A stretch of 64,000 bases of DNA from Lama guanicoe (GCA_013239625.1 MU054187.1:3793757-3857756), one strand, 5' to 3'. Numbered from the stretch's first letter, positions 36,620 to 50,369 are shown. The notes: generated by a model from the letters alone, not told the origin. Program-made: numbers and translations.

Positions 36620-37522
36620 AATTAGCAAATGGGCAAAAGAAATAGAGATTGCACTGAAGAAGATACACAGATGTTGAATGAGCACATGGAAAAATGTTCA
36701 AGATCATTAGCCATTAGTAAAATGAAAATTAAAACCACAACGAAATACAACCACACGTCTATTAGAATAGCTACAATAAAAAACAATGACAACACCAAAT
36801 GCTGGCAAGAATGTGGAGAAATTCGCTCACTCATATGTTGCTGATGGGAATGGAAAAGGGTGCAACCAATCTGGAAAACAGTTTGGCAGAGAAAAGAATA
36901 ACTAAACATGCAAATACCACATGACCTAACGTTCGTGCTTTTGGGCATCCATCCCAGAGAGAGGAAGGCTGCTGTTCACGTAAAACCTGCGCAGGATCGC
37001 GCGAGCAGCTCTGCTTCTAGTGGCTGGAAACAGCCCTCCATCTCCAGCAGGAGAGTGGTTACGCAAGCTTAATACATGTAGCCCGCAGAATACTACTCAG
37101 CAGTAAAAAGGAACAGAGCATTGAAGCATGCAACCGCCTGGATGACTTTCCCCTGGATGGATGCCAGGGGGAAAAAGCCACTCTGAAAAAGTTACATAGT
37201 ATATAATTTGTTTTATATTGCATTCTTGAAATGACAAATTGTAGAACTGGGGAAGAGAGCAGTGGGTGACAGAGGGAAGAAGAAGGTGCAGGCAGGAAGG
37301 AAGAGGTTGTGTCTGTGAAGGAGGGGTCCTTGTGTTTGTGGGAACGTTCTGTATGTCGCCTGTGCAAATGCCAGCACCCTGGCTGTCACGCTGTTCTCCA
37401 GTTTTGCCAGATGTTACCACTGGGTGAAACTGGGTAAAGAGTACATGGGATCTGTCTGTACGACTTCTGACAAATGTATGTATGTGTTCAGTTATCTGAA
37501 AATAAAACTTCTAATTAAAAAG
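36620..37522 (+). mobile_element. L1MC-like 3' fragment
   Basis: AAATGGGCAAAAG...AAATTAAAACCACAACGAAATAC...GATGTTACCACTGGGTGAAACTGGGTAAAG...AAATAAAA. Confidence 0.8.
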
Positions 37523-37529
37523 CGTATCT

Positions 37530-38211
37530 TTTTATTTTTTTTAAGTTGAAGTTTAGTTGATTTACAATATTGTGTTAGTTCAGGTGTATGGCAAAGCGAT
37601 TCAGTTTTATATTTTATATACACACATATAATTTTTCATATTATTTTCCATTATGGGTTATTACAAAATACTGGATATTATTCCCTGTGTCTCACAGTAA
37701 CCCCTCATTGCTTATCTGTTTTATATGTAGTAGTATGTACCTGTTAATCTCACACTCCTAATTTAGCCGCCCCCTTCCCCTTTGCTAACTGTAAGTTTGT
37801 TTTCTATGTGAGTCTGTTTGTTTTGTAAATAGATTTACTTGCATTACTTTTTACATTCCACATATAAGTGATATGTAATATTTGCAGTTCTCTGTCTTAC
37901 TTCACTTCATATGATAATCTCTGTGTCCACCCATGTTGCTGCAAATGTCATTATTTCATTCTTTTTTATGGCTGGGTAATATTTCAGTGTGTGTGTGTGT
38001 GTGTGTGTGTGTGTATCACACCTTTATCCAGCCATCTGTTGATGGACACTGGGATGGGTTCCACGTCTTGGCTGTTGTAAATAGTGCTGCTGTGAACATG
38101 GGGGTGCAGGTGTCTTTAAATTAGAGTCTTCATCTTTCCTGGATACATGCCCAGAAGTAGGACTGCTGGATCCTATGGTAGCTCTAGTTTTAGTTTTTTA
38201 AGGAACCTCCT
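37530..38211 (-). mobile_element. Relatively young L1 3' end, antisense, containing (GT)14 at 37987-38014
   Basis: TTGATTTACAATATTGTGTTAGTT...CATTCCACATATAAGTGAT...GCTGGATCCTATGGTAGCTCTAGTTTTAGTTTTTTAAGGAACCTCC. Confidence 0.85.
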
Positions 38212-38984
38212 TTAATCTAAATAACTGAGTTTTCTTTGATGTTATATTCTTTTCAATAACTAATTGCTAATTTCTTTAAAAATTTTCCTTGAGGGAGTAC
38301 ATGAATAAGTTGGAAGACTCTTTTGCTTTTGTCGAATGCTGACATGATGAACCACTCCAAACGCGGTGTCTGCTGGCAGTCTGTTAACTCCTACACATCT
38401 AGGCAGGTGACACACTCGTGTCAGAGGTATTTGAGTGGAATCCGAGCGTAATACTTTATAAGAAGATAACAAGGATACTATGTTATTCTTAAGATAAGAG
38501 ACCTCTCTAAATAATATATTAAGCTTTTCATCAGAGTTGAACACCAATCAAAGCGAAGAGAAATGCTTAGAGTTTGAATAAACTCTTAGGTTGCAGAGAG
38601 GGGATTTCCTTTTATTAGGAAGGGAGAAAATGAAAGCTGGATTTATTTAACAGGCATATTGGAAGCAGATAATAAAATAGGAAATTTTAATAGACTGTAT
38701 CCATTGAGAAATTGTCTTTTACTTTCGATCTTTTTTCTCTAGTAGCGCTTTTTCTTTAACTTGATATTCTGCACTTTTATTTATCCTGCTCAAGACTTAA
38801 TGGACGTCTTTAATGTGAAGAAAAATACTTCCTTTTGTAAAATTTTCAGCTATAATATCTTTGAACACTGTCACTTCCCATCCACTCTGTTCTTTATTTC
38901 TGGAACTTCTATTAATGTGTTGGCACTTTTAATTCTACAGAGAGTTTACAAAGTCAGAAATCATAGTAGACGCTCATTTTTAAA

Positions 38985-39700
38985 AATGCTGAGTGTGTTG
39001 AGGAATAATTTATATACAGTAAAGTTCACCTTCTTTAGGTGTTCTTTTGATGAATTTTGACAAATGCATGCACTCATGTCCCTGCTACAACAGGGAAGAT
39101 GAAGAAAGTTCCTGTCGCTCCATTGTTTCCTCACGCCCCTTTGTCTTCAGTGCTCTTGTCCGGCTCCCAGTCCCTGGGAATCACTCATCCGATTTCTGTC
39201 TTTCCCAGAATGTTGCATAACTTGGATCATAGGAGGATGTAGTCTTTTGTATTTGGCCTCTTCCACTTAGTGTAATGCTCCTGGGGTTCATCCGCGCTGT
39301 GGCGTGATGTCTCCGTGCTGCTGAGTGATGGGTAGATCGCAGTTTGTTTGCTGATTCACCAGTGATGGACGTTTCAGTTGTTACCGGTTCTTGGCAAGGA
39401 TGAATAAAACTGCTGCAAACATTTGCATACAGGTGTTTTTATTTCTCCCGGGGAAATACCTAGGAGTGTGGTTGCCGGGATGTTATGGTAACACCGCAGG
39501 TGTGGAATGGCTTATGGATGTTCTGAGAAATGGATAAACTGGTTTTATAGTTCATACCATTTTCCAAGGGACTTGTACTGCACTGCGTCCCTATCCTCAT
39601 TGTTTTGCTCTGCATCCTTGTTAGCACCGCGTCATGTCAGAGACTAAAAAAATTCTTTGGTAAAGTGGCTGTTCAAATCTTTTGCCCATTTTAAAAATCA
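38985..39700 (-). mobile_element. L1MB-like 3' fragment, antisense
   Basis: AATAATTTATATACAGTAAAGTTCACC...GATGAATTTTGACAAATG...GCTGCAAACATTTGCATACAGGT. Confidence 0.75.
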
Positions 39701-42700
39701 TTAGTGTGGCAACATTATGATAATCTGCGGATTTGTCCCATTGCGCATTTGGAGATGTGTGGAGAACAGACATTTCTATCTGAGTCCTTCCTGTGTGTCC
39801 GGTCCCGTTTTAGACCCGTGTGATGTGCGGGAAGTGCGTGACGTGCTTTCACCCACAAGGGTCCTACTACCCAGCTGAGGAGGATAGAGTTTTAAAAGAA
39901 AGAATTGTATCATGATATGAGGCAGCATGTAATCAAGCACGAAGACAATGAATAGTAAGAAGGCAGAGAAATGGGGTGACCCCACAGGGGTCACGAGGTT
40001 GAGGAAGGCTCTCCAGGAGCCCGAGTTAGAGTCTGGAGACACCCAAGGATCTGGAAAGACACATAAAGGGAGTGGCTGTCCCAACAGGGGAAGAATCTGA
40101 GCAAAATGCAGTGCGTGCACAGAACAGGAAGGCGTAGGGAAGGGACGGAAACCTTCCCCATTTCAGCCCCAGAAAGCAAACTGTACCCAAGGGAACCGCC
40201 CTTGCCAACCAAGTAACTCAGCCGTTCTCTTGAGGCGTTCGCGAGGAGCGCGTTTGCAGGTGGGTGGCTTGGCAGCCGCGTTTTGTCTGCTGAAACAGAA
40301 GCCAACAGGCAAACATTCTATTTACTGATGCTAACTCAGAAGCATCTCTAACCACACATTCCTTTTTTTTTTTTTTTACATATTCTAAGGCATATTGAAG
40401 TGGATTTTCCCTTGCAATGGGATCTAGAGTGTACGCTCATAAAAGCTTTCCCTTCTGGGGTCAAATCTAGTATTTGGGAAAGAAAATGCGCCGTGTGTCC
40501 AGGTTGGTGAAAGGGAAGGAGGGGCTCCCTGACGGCTCTGATCAGAACGCTCGGCGCCCCCAGGACCCCCCTTCCTTGGGCTTCTCTTCTAAGAATGGTT
40601 TCCTTTTGCCCGTCCTCGGAAATTAACTTATCTCTCAAATGAGCGTGGCTGCATTCGCATTCTTTAAGCGGTCTCAGTCTTGGTGGGAGAAGATATGCGT
40701 TTACTACCTTCAGGCATGTGGATCAAGAGGCCAATATGTTTCCCCGCAAAGAGACTTCATGTCCCTTCCCGTTCCCACCGTTCACATCTCTGCACTTCAT
40801 GCTGAAGCCCAACGGGGAGTTCCACATTCTGCCTTGGATCCTGTAGGGGTCTCATCCTTCCAGGGCAGGAACAAATTGCTGGCAAGCTGTTATACACATG
40901 TTTATAATCACCAGCATTTGTGTTGCTACCACCCAAAGATGCATTTTTCCTACACACGTATATTGAGGATGGTTAGAAAAATCTGTTTTGAGTTAAGCTT
41001 CCTCCCTTTGATATGTGTTTCCAGTTGCTAAGCAAATGCTGCTGTAATTTTGTTTGTAGGAAGCTAAACTGGCCCCAGGCCCAAGCAGCCGGTTCTTTGG
41101 CCTTGGGCTCTCTGCTCGGCTGTCCCCGAGGTGGGTACCACCAACATTCAGAGATCTGAGAAGGAGCCACCTGTCGGGTTTCAGAAAACGCAGCAAGGTG
41201 CTGCTGCTATTTTTTTACCCGCTGTAGTTTCAGGTAGACCTAATGAGCAGCTAGAGTGCACTTTTGTATGGGGATTGAAGAAACCTTTATTCTAAATATA
41301 AGGAACCAATGGGACCTAAGACAGCAATTGCATAGCAAACCTAATGGTCTTTCTGCTTACAGATGGTCAGCTCTAAGCAAACTTCCACAGGCAGGCTTGC
41401 TTTTCCCTCTTAGTGTATCCTTTTTGCTTATAAGTCGCTGACTCTTTTATTAACTTTCCTTCCTATTCACATCTCTGGGCTCTTCTCCTGTTTTCTCCCT
41501 CCCCTTCCTCCCATTTTCCTGTCTGGACCACACATCCACCAACACTTTCAGAGATCATTCTCCTCATGGCGCCCATCTCACTAGCCAGGGTTGACTTGGT
41601 TCTACGCACACGAAATCCCTTCCTGCCCCCGTCCTCATCACAGCTGGGAGGCCCCTCCATCAGCGTATCCTAGACGTGGCTTCCTGGTTTTCTTCTTCCA
41701 CTTCCTTCATTCTCCTTTGAATTCTACTCTGATGGCTTCTCTGGTGGGTCAGCCTTCACCACCACCTGTGAAGAGTGGAGAGATGAACACAGGAACTACT
41801 TTATTTGGCATTTTTCTCCCTGCCTTTCCCTAGTGAATTCTTCAGCATAGAGACATCTCAGTTTTTCCAGCACCGCCATCTAGGTCTCTCTGCCATTCAA
41901 AAACAAAAGGGCAAGAAGAAAAACAAAATGACAGAGCTAACTCCTAAGAGTTGTAGAGATTGAGAAAATTCAGGCCTCACACGATGGTTGGTTTTGATCC
42001 CTAATTGGGATAGTAAGTCTCCGAAAGAGTTTCTCTAAAGTCATTTGGATTTAATGAGGTCGAAAATACTCAGGACACTGAAATTAATACCGCTATCATA
42101 CCTCAAGGGTAGAAAGCATTTTGGCTCTCGTCACTAGAGGTGGACAGATTGTTCTTCATCTTAAAGCTGAGAGCCTCCCTGTGTTTCATCCAAAATCTTC
42201 TAGTTAATTATATTTTGCTTGAACTATTTTGTAGCTGTTTTTCTCTCTACTTTGTATTAGAAACTAAATAAATCAGTTCAGGCTCTTAACTAAGATTTAT
42301 AGTAAAACGAATTTACTTCTTGCTCGTCTGTTCTTGATTCGTAGTGCGGTATTGGAAAGCTGGCCTACGTGGTGAGTCGTTCTCTACGCGTTCACGTGGA
42401 AAACAGCACGAACTGTTATCAGAAAGGAGCCACCGCTTTTTCCCCTCAACTTGACAGCCCAATTCTCAACCCCAAGGCAAGAAAAAAAACTAAGAGATCT
42501 TCTCCTCCATCCCCAACCCCACCGTCTCTCTCCCAACCTTCAGTTCCACAGGTTGAGACAGGAGAGGATATAAATAAGATGTTGATGTTTGTTTTCTTCC
42601 TTCCTTCCTTCCTTGACTTGTCACGCTGAGTACTGTGTGTAGGCAACTGTGCTTTCTTTGTGAAACCCAGTGCAGACTTGAGCGTTCAGTTGCCAGCATG

Positions 42701-43289
42701 TCTGGGCGGCAGGTGCGCTGGAAGGAGGCTTTGATGTGCTCCCTGCGCTTGACGCAGGCTCGCCGGTAGTTGGCACTCACTAAATATGCCGTGTCATCGG
42801 GGCTGCCGGGGTTCCTCGCGTGCTGGTTCCTGCAGCGACGCGCTGCTCACAGAGCCCCTGCTGCTGGAGCAGCGAAGTCCAGGGCTCGGGCTGCCAGGCT
42901 GGGCTGTCCTTCCCTACACACCTGGGCATCTGCTGCGGGACGAGAGCCCGGAGCCCGGGCAGGCTGACCCCCGGGAGCCATGCCCTGTGTCACCCACTGT
43001 AATCTTCGGGCACTCTGGGCCCAGCATTGCTAGAAGTCAACTGTTAGTTAGATCTTTCTTATACAGATGAGGATACTGGGATGCAGAGAAGGAAAATACC
43101 TTGCTCCCAAACGTACAAGTGTTTAGTGGGAGACCAGGGGCAGGAGCCCAGGGTCCAGGCTTCTGACCCAATATGCTCTCCACTGGGCATCTTGCCTGTG
43201 ATTCTGAATCATTTTGGAGCAGTGCCGCCCACTCAGTGGAAGTGACTATGTGATCTGTCCCCCTACTCAGGTGCCACGTGATCTGTGCT

Positions 43290-44720
43290 TACCGCAACTT
43301 TTTTTCTGTGTAAGCTTTCAATCATGCATGAAAGCAGAGACAATAGAAGAACGAACCATCGTAGGCAGAACACCAGCTTGACCCATTACCAGCGCTTTGC
43401 CTTTTCTGGTTTCATTTCTTCCTCTTTTTAAATTCCTGAGTATTTTAAAGCAAATCTCAGGCCATGTTACTTCTCCTACAAATACTTCTGTGTGTATTTC
43501 TGACAGTTATGAATACCATTATCATACATGATGGAATTAATAATTGTTAATTAATATTACCCCATGCTCATTCTATATTGAATTATCCTCATTCTTCTCA
43601 GTAACATTACTTTTAAGTTGTTTTTCTTTTTCAAATTAGAATCAAAATAAGGAGACTCTATTTCATGTCTTGCAGAGATTCTTTAAAACATTTAACAATT
43701 GTCCTAATTTTTTTTTCCTGCTGTTTATGGGCTGAAGAAGTAAAGTAATTTTTCTACAAAACTTTTCATATTGTGGACTCAGCCAATGGCACCCTTGTGG
43801 TGGTGTTTAACATACGTTCTTGTCCATGTATTTCCTGTAAACTGGCAGACCTGTCTGGAGGCTCTGTTTGATTCAAGTTTGTCCCGGGGGCGAGAATGTC
43901 ACAGACGGTGCTGTGCATTTCCAAACTGCGTCACATCAGGGGACTCTAATGCCTGTTTTCCCCACTGCTAGTGACGTTAAAACTGACTGGTGAGTTTAGA
44001 TATTGTAAGTCTGACCCATCGGTTGTAAGATTTCCTGTCAGCCTCCCACCTAAGTGCTCTAACTGCCATTGCCCAAATAAACTATTTCACTAAGGATTGT
44101 AAAGTTGTGATGTTTGAAGCTGTCATTCTTTCCTGCGCTTATTAAGTGGGACTCACGGAAAGAACGTTTCGTCATCAACGGTTTTTCTACCCTAGGATAC
44201 AATGCTTGCGAGAAATGCAAGGTAAACGCTTTTACCTTCAGTTTTAATAATAGTAAATTAGTATCCTAGCGATAGAAGCCAAGGAGGCACTGTTATTTTG
44301 AAATTTTAAGAACTCAGGGGTTTTGCGTATTTGCCGTGTTTGACCCTGTGCATTAATGTTTTTCGTGTGCACGTTGCCAATGGCTGGCAAGTGCTCCTTC
44401 GAGGTCGCTCTGTGTTCAGTCCAAGCGCAGTAGCTTTCTTGCCTCTGGCACAAAAGATGTCGCAGACTCATGTTGTATGTATCCTGCCCTAAGCCTGAAA
44501 TTGGCTGTTTCTCCAAGGAGAACTGATTTATTTCAGTGATAAATATTACTCATAAAGCATTATTTGGTTACTAGGGTCATTATTGCCTCAAGGCTTTTCA
44601 ATAAAGATGAATTATGATGCTATTACTCATTTATATAATAGATTGTGTGGTTTTTACTTGACTTTTATGAGATCTTATTTGTATCTCTCTCTTTTTTATA
44701 CATGAGCATGTTGGTCTCTA
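43290..44720 (-). mobile_element. Old L1MC/ME 3'-UTR fragments, antisense
   Basis: TATTTTAAAGCAAATCTCAG...CAGACTCATGTTGTATGTATCCTGCCCTAAGCCTGAAATTGGCTGTTTCTCCAAGGAG. Confidence 0.6.
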
Positions 44721-45642
44721 ATGCCTGCATAGCTCACACACGCTCCCATATTGCACTTACCACAGCGGTTCTGGGGCCCTCCTTGAGACTCCCTGGGAAT
44801 CGTGACCCATGCATCTCCTATTCTGGGCACTAATGCCACACTGCACGCACGATAGGCACTCAGTTCTTCATTGAAGTGAAGTTCAAATATGTTTTGAAAG
44901 TCACTGTTCGCGGAGGCCCAGGAGAGCGGAGAGCATGCAGTCCAGGAATCCAGCGGTTTTCTTGCCCAGCCTCCTCCTTCAACTCTGGAAAGACTGAGGC
45001 CAGCTTGCTGAGGCCATGCGAATAGGACTAATGGAAAGAAAAACTGAATAATCAAAACATCCACCACGTCCACACAGTGAGTGACTGTCAGAGCTGTGCA
45101 CACACGAATGCTGAGAGATGGCTGGATTCAGAGCACATGAGCGCCCGCGAAGGCCGCATGTGCTCGGTCCCCTGCGCAAGAGGAAGGGGGCGCGTCCATG
45201 GTGAGGCGTCCCGGCGGGCGGGAGGGCTGGTGGAGGGAGCGAAATCAGTGCTCGGCTTTGACACGTAAAGGCCCTGCGCTGTTTTCCTCTTGAGACAGCT
45301 TTGTTCTTCAAGTCACAGGTAGAAGCAGCGGCAGGCTCAAGTTGCAGCGGAGAAGGAGGGAGGGTGGGCAGACGGGACGTGTTTGTCCCCCACCTCCCAG
45401 GGGTCCCTGGCAGGCTACCACGCGGGTGCACCTTTGATTAAGTGGTATGTGTTCCTCTATCCTCACATTTCCAAAAGTCCCACTTATTTCTAGCCATTGG
45501 TTCTCTGCTGTTGACTGAAAAGCATGATACTTAAGGAAAACACCTTGCAGAAGACTGGCCGTGCTTTGCTTTTGTAGTTTAGAAAGCAGTACGGTGCTCT
45601 GTGGCACATTGCTGGTCGCATCCAAGCAATTTGGGGGAGGAT

Positions 45643-47496
45643 TACAATGGATTCAGCTTGCAATAACTCTACAAATATTTATTGACTATTTATCTGTAAG
45701 ATACATATACTGGGGTAAGTGTCCTGCGGTAAGCAGTAAGAATTTTATGACCTGCAAATAGACACTTAGGAGTCTATTTCACACGCCGCTAGAACCATTG
45801 TACTATCTCAGTTTAGGACATAATCCAATAAAAATGCACCTTTAAGTACTTTCTATCTTTTGGACAAGCACGGGCATTGCTCCTTCAGTCCTGAATGACT
45901 TTCTGGGGAGCCCAGCGCGCTCTGGCAAGCAGCAGTCTTCAGAGCATCTGTTTGCATTTCAGCTTTGCCTTTGATGCAATAGCCTGATGGTGCTTCCAAT
46001 GAACCACATCTGGAGTTAGTGCCAATTTTCCTTTGTACTGTGTGTCTTTCAAGAGAAAGATAATGCACTGACTCTTTAAATAAGAAAAATGCCTCTAAGG
46101 AAGCTTACTAAAACATCTAGACAGAGGAATGCACGCGGCATCTCCAAGTAAGACTACGTGCAGAGCGCTTAACGTCAGATTGAAGATCGAGCTCAGAATA
46201 TGCCCAGCGCCACTGGGGCTCTCCTTTTGTCTGAAGCTGCTCTCCCATTCCTGAATGGGATGGAATTTCTACACAGTCGGTGCCTTCCTCTTCCTTGTGT
46301 CAGTTCCAAAGCCCCAACCCAGGCACGTCTTTACAGAACTGTTACATCACAGACACTTGCTGTCCCTATCCAGACCCCAGCAGGATCTTGCGCACAGCAG
46401 TGCCTGAAAGGACACTCCAGTTAAACCTGGGGTGGTTAGTAGGTAAGAATCACAGATGCTGCTGAAAAAATGTTACATCAACTGAAAGCAGAGCTCCATT
46501 TCACTTTTAGGAAAACTAACTCAGCTCCTTATAGGTGAGCTGGTTGCAAGGGATCCCTAAGGGCTGCGATGACGGCCGAGAAGGCGGCGTGTGTCCCTGC
46601 ACGCTGTCTGGTGGCGTGTGGGGAACGCTGCGTGGTTTCACATCCGTTGGTGGAAGTGACGGCGCCTGGAGCGATTGCGCGGCGGGCGGTGCGGTGCAGC
46701 TCCGTGAGCTGTTTTGCTCCATTCCCCCCGAGTGTGACAGCACTCTTAATGTAACCATGTTTTGCCTCTTGCTGCAGAAAAAAGCCCTGGAAATGAATGT
46801 TTGAAGGTTCAGAATAAGCCCTATGAGGAAAATCAGGAAAAAGCATCAAAAAAGGGTATGAACAGTTGTGACAATACATCTTGAAAAAAAATGTGTTTTG
46901 GAAGAAAGGTTTGCTTGGGCTTTTCTCGCTGCAGGTCTGTCTGGGTTTTTGGTCCCCAGAGGAAAAGCAAGGCTGCTGCCTTCGCCCCCGGTTACTTCTG
47001 TGGCAGTCACCCTCCACAGTTTCCAATCACAACTCGCTTTCTTACTGCAGCTGTGGGGTTAAGGCGATGGCGACGTTTGGAAGAAAGTAAACATGCCTGT
47101 AACGGGCTAAGATGGCAAACTCTGGCGAGCAGGTGGATCAAGGGCAAAGGTGGGTAACGATCAGCGGAGGAAATGAAGTGTTTCTTCTGGGCTGCTGAGC
47201 GTGATGCCAGCCGGCAGTCTGTCCTGTTAACTCACGGTTCTGGTGAGTCTGCGTCCACCTCACTCCCCCAGAGGGTAACGTAATCAGAAGTCTTCATACT
47301 TGGAAGTAGGATAAATTCTCACGCTACAAACACACCCTGCTGGGGACCATCAGACTGTCCTCTGGCTTAAGGGATTCTAGTTTCGGGTCCTCCTTCAGTT
47401 CACGTAAAAGTCCTGCTCTCTTGTTGTCTTTCTCGGTCACAGGACCAGGCCCTGGACAGGCTTTCTGGGAAAGCCTGCAGAGATTCTCAGAGGTCC
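45643..47496 (+). repeat. Copy 1 (1854 bp) of a tandem duplication
   Basis: TACAATGGATTC...CAGAGGTCC repeated at offset 1868; the ORF track is duplicated. Confidence 0.97.
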
Positions 47497-47510
47497 CCTC
47501 CACCCCGCCA

Positions 47511-49364
47511 TACAATGGATTCAGCTTGCAATAACTCTACAAATATTTATTGACTATTTATCTGTAAGATACATATACTGGGGTAAGTGTCCTGCGGTAA
47601 GCAGTAAGAATTTTATGACCTGCAAATAGACACTTAGGAGTCTATTTCACACGCCGCTAGAACCATTGTACTATCTCAGTTTAGGACATAATCCAATAAA
47701 AATGCACCTTTAAGTACTTTCTATCTTTTGGACAAGCACGGGCATTGCTCCTTCAGTCCTGAATGACTTTCTGGGGAGCCCAGCGCGCTCTGGCAAGCAG
47801 CAGTCTTCAGAGCATCTGTTTGCATTTCAGCTTTGCCTTTGATGCAATAGCCTGATGGTGCTTCCAATGAACCACATCTGGAGTTAGTGCCAATTTTCCT
47901 TTGTACTGTGTGTCTTTCAAGAGAAAGATAATGCACTGACTCTTTAAATAAGAAAAATGCCTCTAAGGAAGCTTACTAAAACATCTAGACAGAGGAATGC
48001 ACGCGGCATCTCCAAGTAAGACTACGTGCAGAGCGCTTAACGTCAGATTGAAGATCGAGCTCAGAATATGCCCAGCGCCACTGGGGCTCTCCTTTTGTCT
48101 GAAGCTGCTCTCCCATTCCTGAATGGGATGGAATTTCTACACAGTCGGTGCCTTCCTCTTCCTTGTGTCAGTTCCAAAGCCCCAACCCAGGCACGTCTTT
48201 ACAGAACTGTTACATCACAGACACTTGCTGTCCCTATCCAGACCCCAGCAGGATCTTGCGCACAGCAGTGCCTGAAAGGACACTCCAGTTAAACCTGGGG
48301 TGGTTAGTAGGTAAGAATCACAGATGCTGCTGAAAAAATGTTACATCAACTGAAAGCAGAGCTCCATTTCACTTTTAGGAAAACTAACTCAGCTCCTTAT
48401 AGGTGAGCTGGTTGCAAGGGATCCCTAAGGGCTGCGATGACGGCCGAGAAGGCGGCGTGTGTCCCTGCACGCTGTCTGGTGGCGTGTGGGGAACGCTGCG
48501 TGGTTTCACATCCGTTGGTGGAAGTGACGGCGCCTGGAGCGATTGCGCGGCGGGCGGTGCGGTGCAGCTCCGTGAGCTGTTTTGCTCCATTCCCCCCGAG
48601 TGTGACAGCACTCTTAATGTAACCATGTTTTGCCTCTTGCTGCAGAAAAAAGCCCTGGAAATGAATGTTTGAAGGTTCAGAATAAGCCCTATGAGGAAAA
48701 TCAGGAAAAAGCATCAAAAAAGGGTATGAACAGTTGTGACAATACATCTTGAAAAAAAATGTGTTTTGGAAGAAAGGTTTGCTTGGGCTTTTCTCGCTGC
48801 AGGTCTGTCTGGGTTTTTGGTCCCCAGAGGAAAAGCAAGGCTGCTGCCTTCGCCCCCAGTTACTTCTGTGGCAGTCACCCTCCACAGTTTCCAATCACAA
48901 CTCGCTTTCTTACTGCAGCTGTGGGGTTAAGGCGATGGCGACGTTTGGAAGAAAGTAAACATGCCTGTAACGGGCTAAGATGGCAAACTCTGGCGAGCAG
49001 GTGGATCAAGGGCAAAGGTGGGTAACGATCAGCGGAGGAAATGAAGTGTTTCTTCTGGGCTGCTGAGCGTGATGCCAGCCGGCAGTCTGTCCTGTTAACT
49101 CACGGTTCTGGTGAGTCTGCGTCCACCTCACTCCCCCAGAGGGTAACGTAATCAGAAGTCTTCATACTTGGAAGTAGGATAAATTCTCACGCTACAAACA
49201 CACCCAGCTGGGGACCATCAGACTGTCCTCTGGCTTAAGGGATTCTAGTTTCGGGTCCTCCTTCAGTTCACGTAAAAGTCCTGCTCTCTTGTTGTCTTTC
49301 TCGGTCACAGGACCAGGCCCTGGACAGGCTTTCTGGGAAAGCCTGCAGAGATTCTCAGAGGTCC
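47511..49364 (+). repeat. Copy 2 (1854 bp) of the tandem duplication
   Basis: Follows the 14-bp junction CCTCCACCCCGCCA (47497-47510). Differences seen: G46990/A48858 and T47338/A49206. Confidence 0.97.
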
Positions 49365-50369
49365 GCGTTCTGGTGGCCGCGGCTGGGGGCCGCTGGTGGC
49401 GCTGTGCCTGTCGGTTCAATCTCGCAGCTCTGACTAACGGGCACCACACTGTCCAGGACTGCTTTTCCTGGAACTGCCTTAATGACTGTGAATAATAGTT
49501 TGAAAGGTCCAACACCTGATCTTCCATTAACAGCGCTGGGTGTTTGGCTTTTAAATACCCGAAAGAGCCAATTACCTGGAAAATCTCCAATTCTGTGTCC
49601 CAGATAGAATCATAGAAGTGCATGTTTCAGGAAGCTCCGCTGGCACTCCCAGTTTGTCCAGGCGAGGCAGGGCGCTTACGGTGAAAACGTTTCGTCTTGC
49701 CTTCCTGTCCGGCGCCATTTCTGAACGCTGACTTTACAGTGTCTCTCGCCCTTGGCAGTGGAGGGGAGGGTCCTGGGCCGGGGCAAGCAGTGTCTCCCCG
49801 ACAGCCTTACCTGGCTTGTCTGACGGGGGACACCTGGACATGACACCTGTTGCTCGCTGGGTGCTTTTACGGAGCCACGGGAACGGAGACAAGACTGTAT
49901 CAGAAGTGTTTCTTCCCCAGACAGAGAGCCATCTTGGGGCAAGCTTGCCACATCCCTGGTGGAGCCCTAAGCTCTGTGGTCACAGGCGGAGTTGGACGTC
50001 ACCACAGGGACGTCCAGGTGTAGGTATAGAATAAACAAGAAACGTACAGTAATACTCTCAGTTATGAAGAGGTTGAGGGAAAGAAACAACCATGGGAGAT
50101 TTTTAATAAGGGATTTTTCTGGCTTTCAAACCACTGTCAAGAACATGGGCTGAGCAGTACAGCCTCGAAACTGGCCAGTTTCTGAATTCATCTGAATTAG
50201 GAATTCATCTGAGATGTTAAAAAAACAAACAAACAAAACATTTAACACATTTCCATAGCTCTTTGTACCTGTTTATTTCTCCATGGACCTGTTGTAGCTA
50301 CTGGTAGGAAATTGAAAGGCAAGATGGTGGCGGATATACTGTCTGATATTTGGATTTTTTTCCTCTCTG

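Noticed and set aside
46529..47026. 165-aa ORF present in both tandem copies
   Set aside because: Identity is due to the recent duplication; no recognisable protein features.
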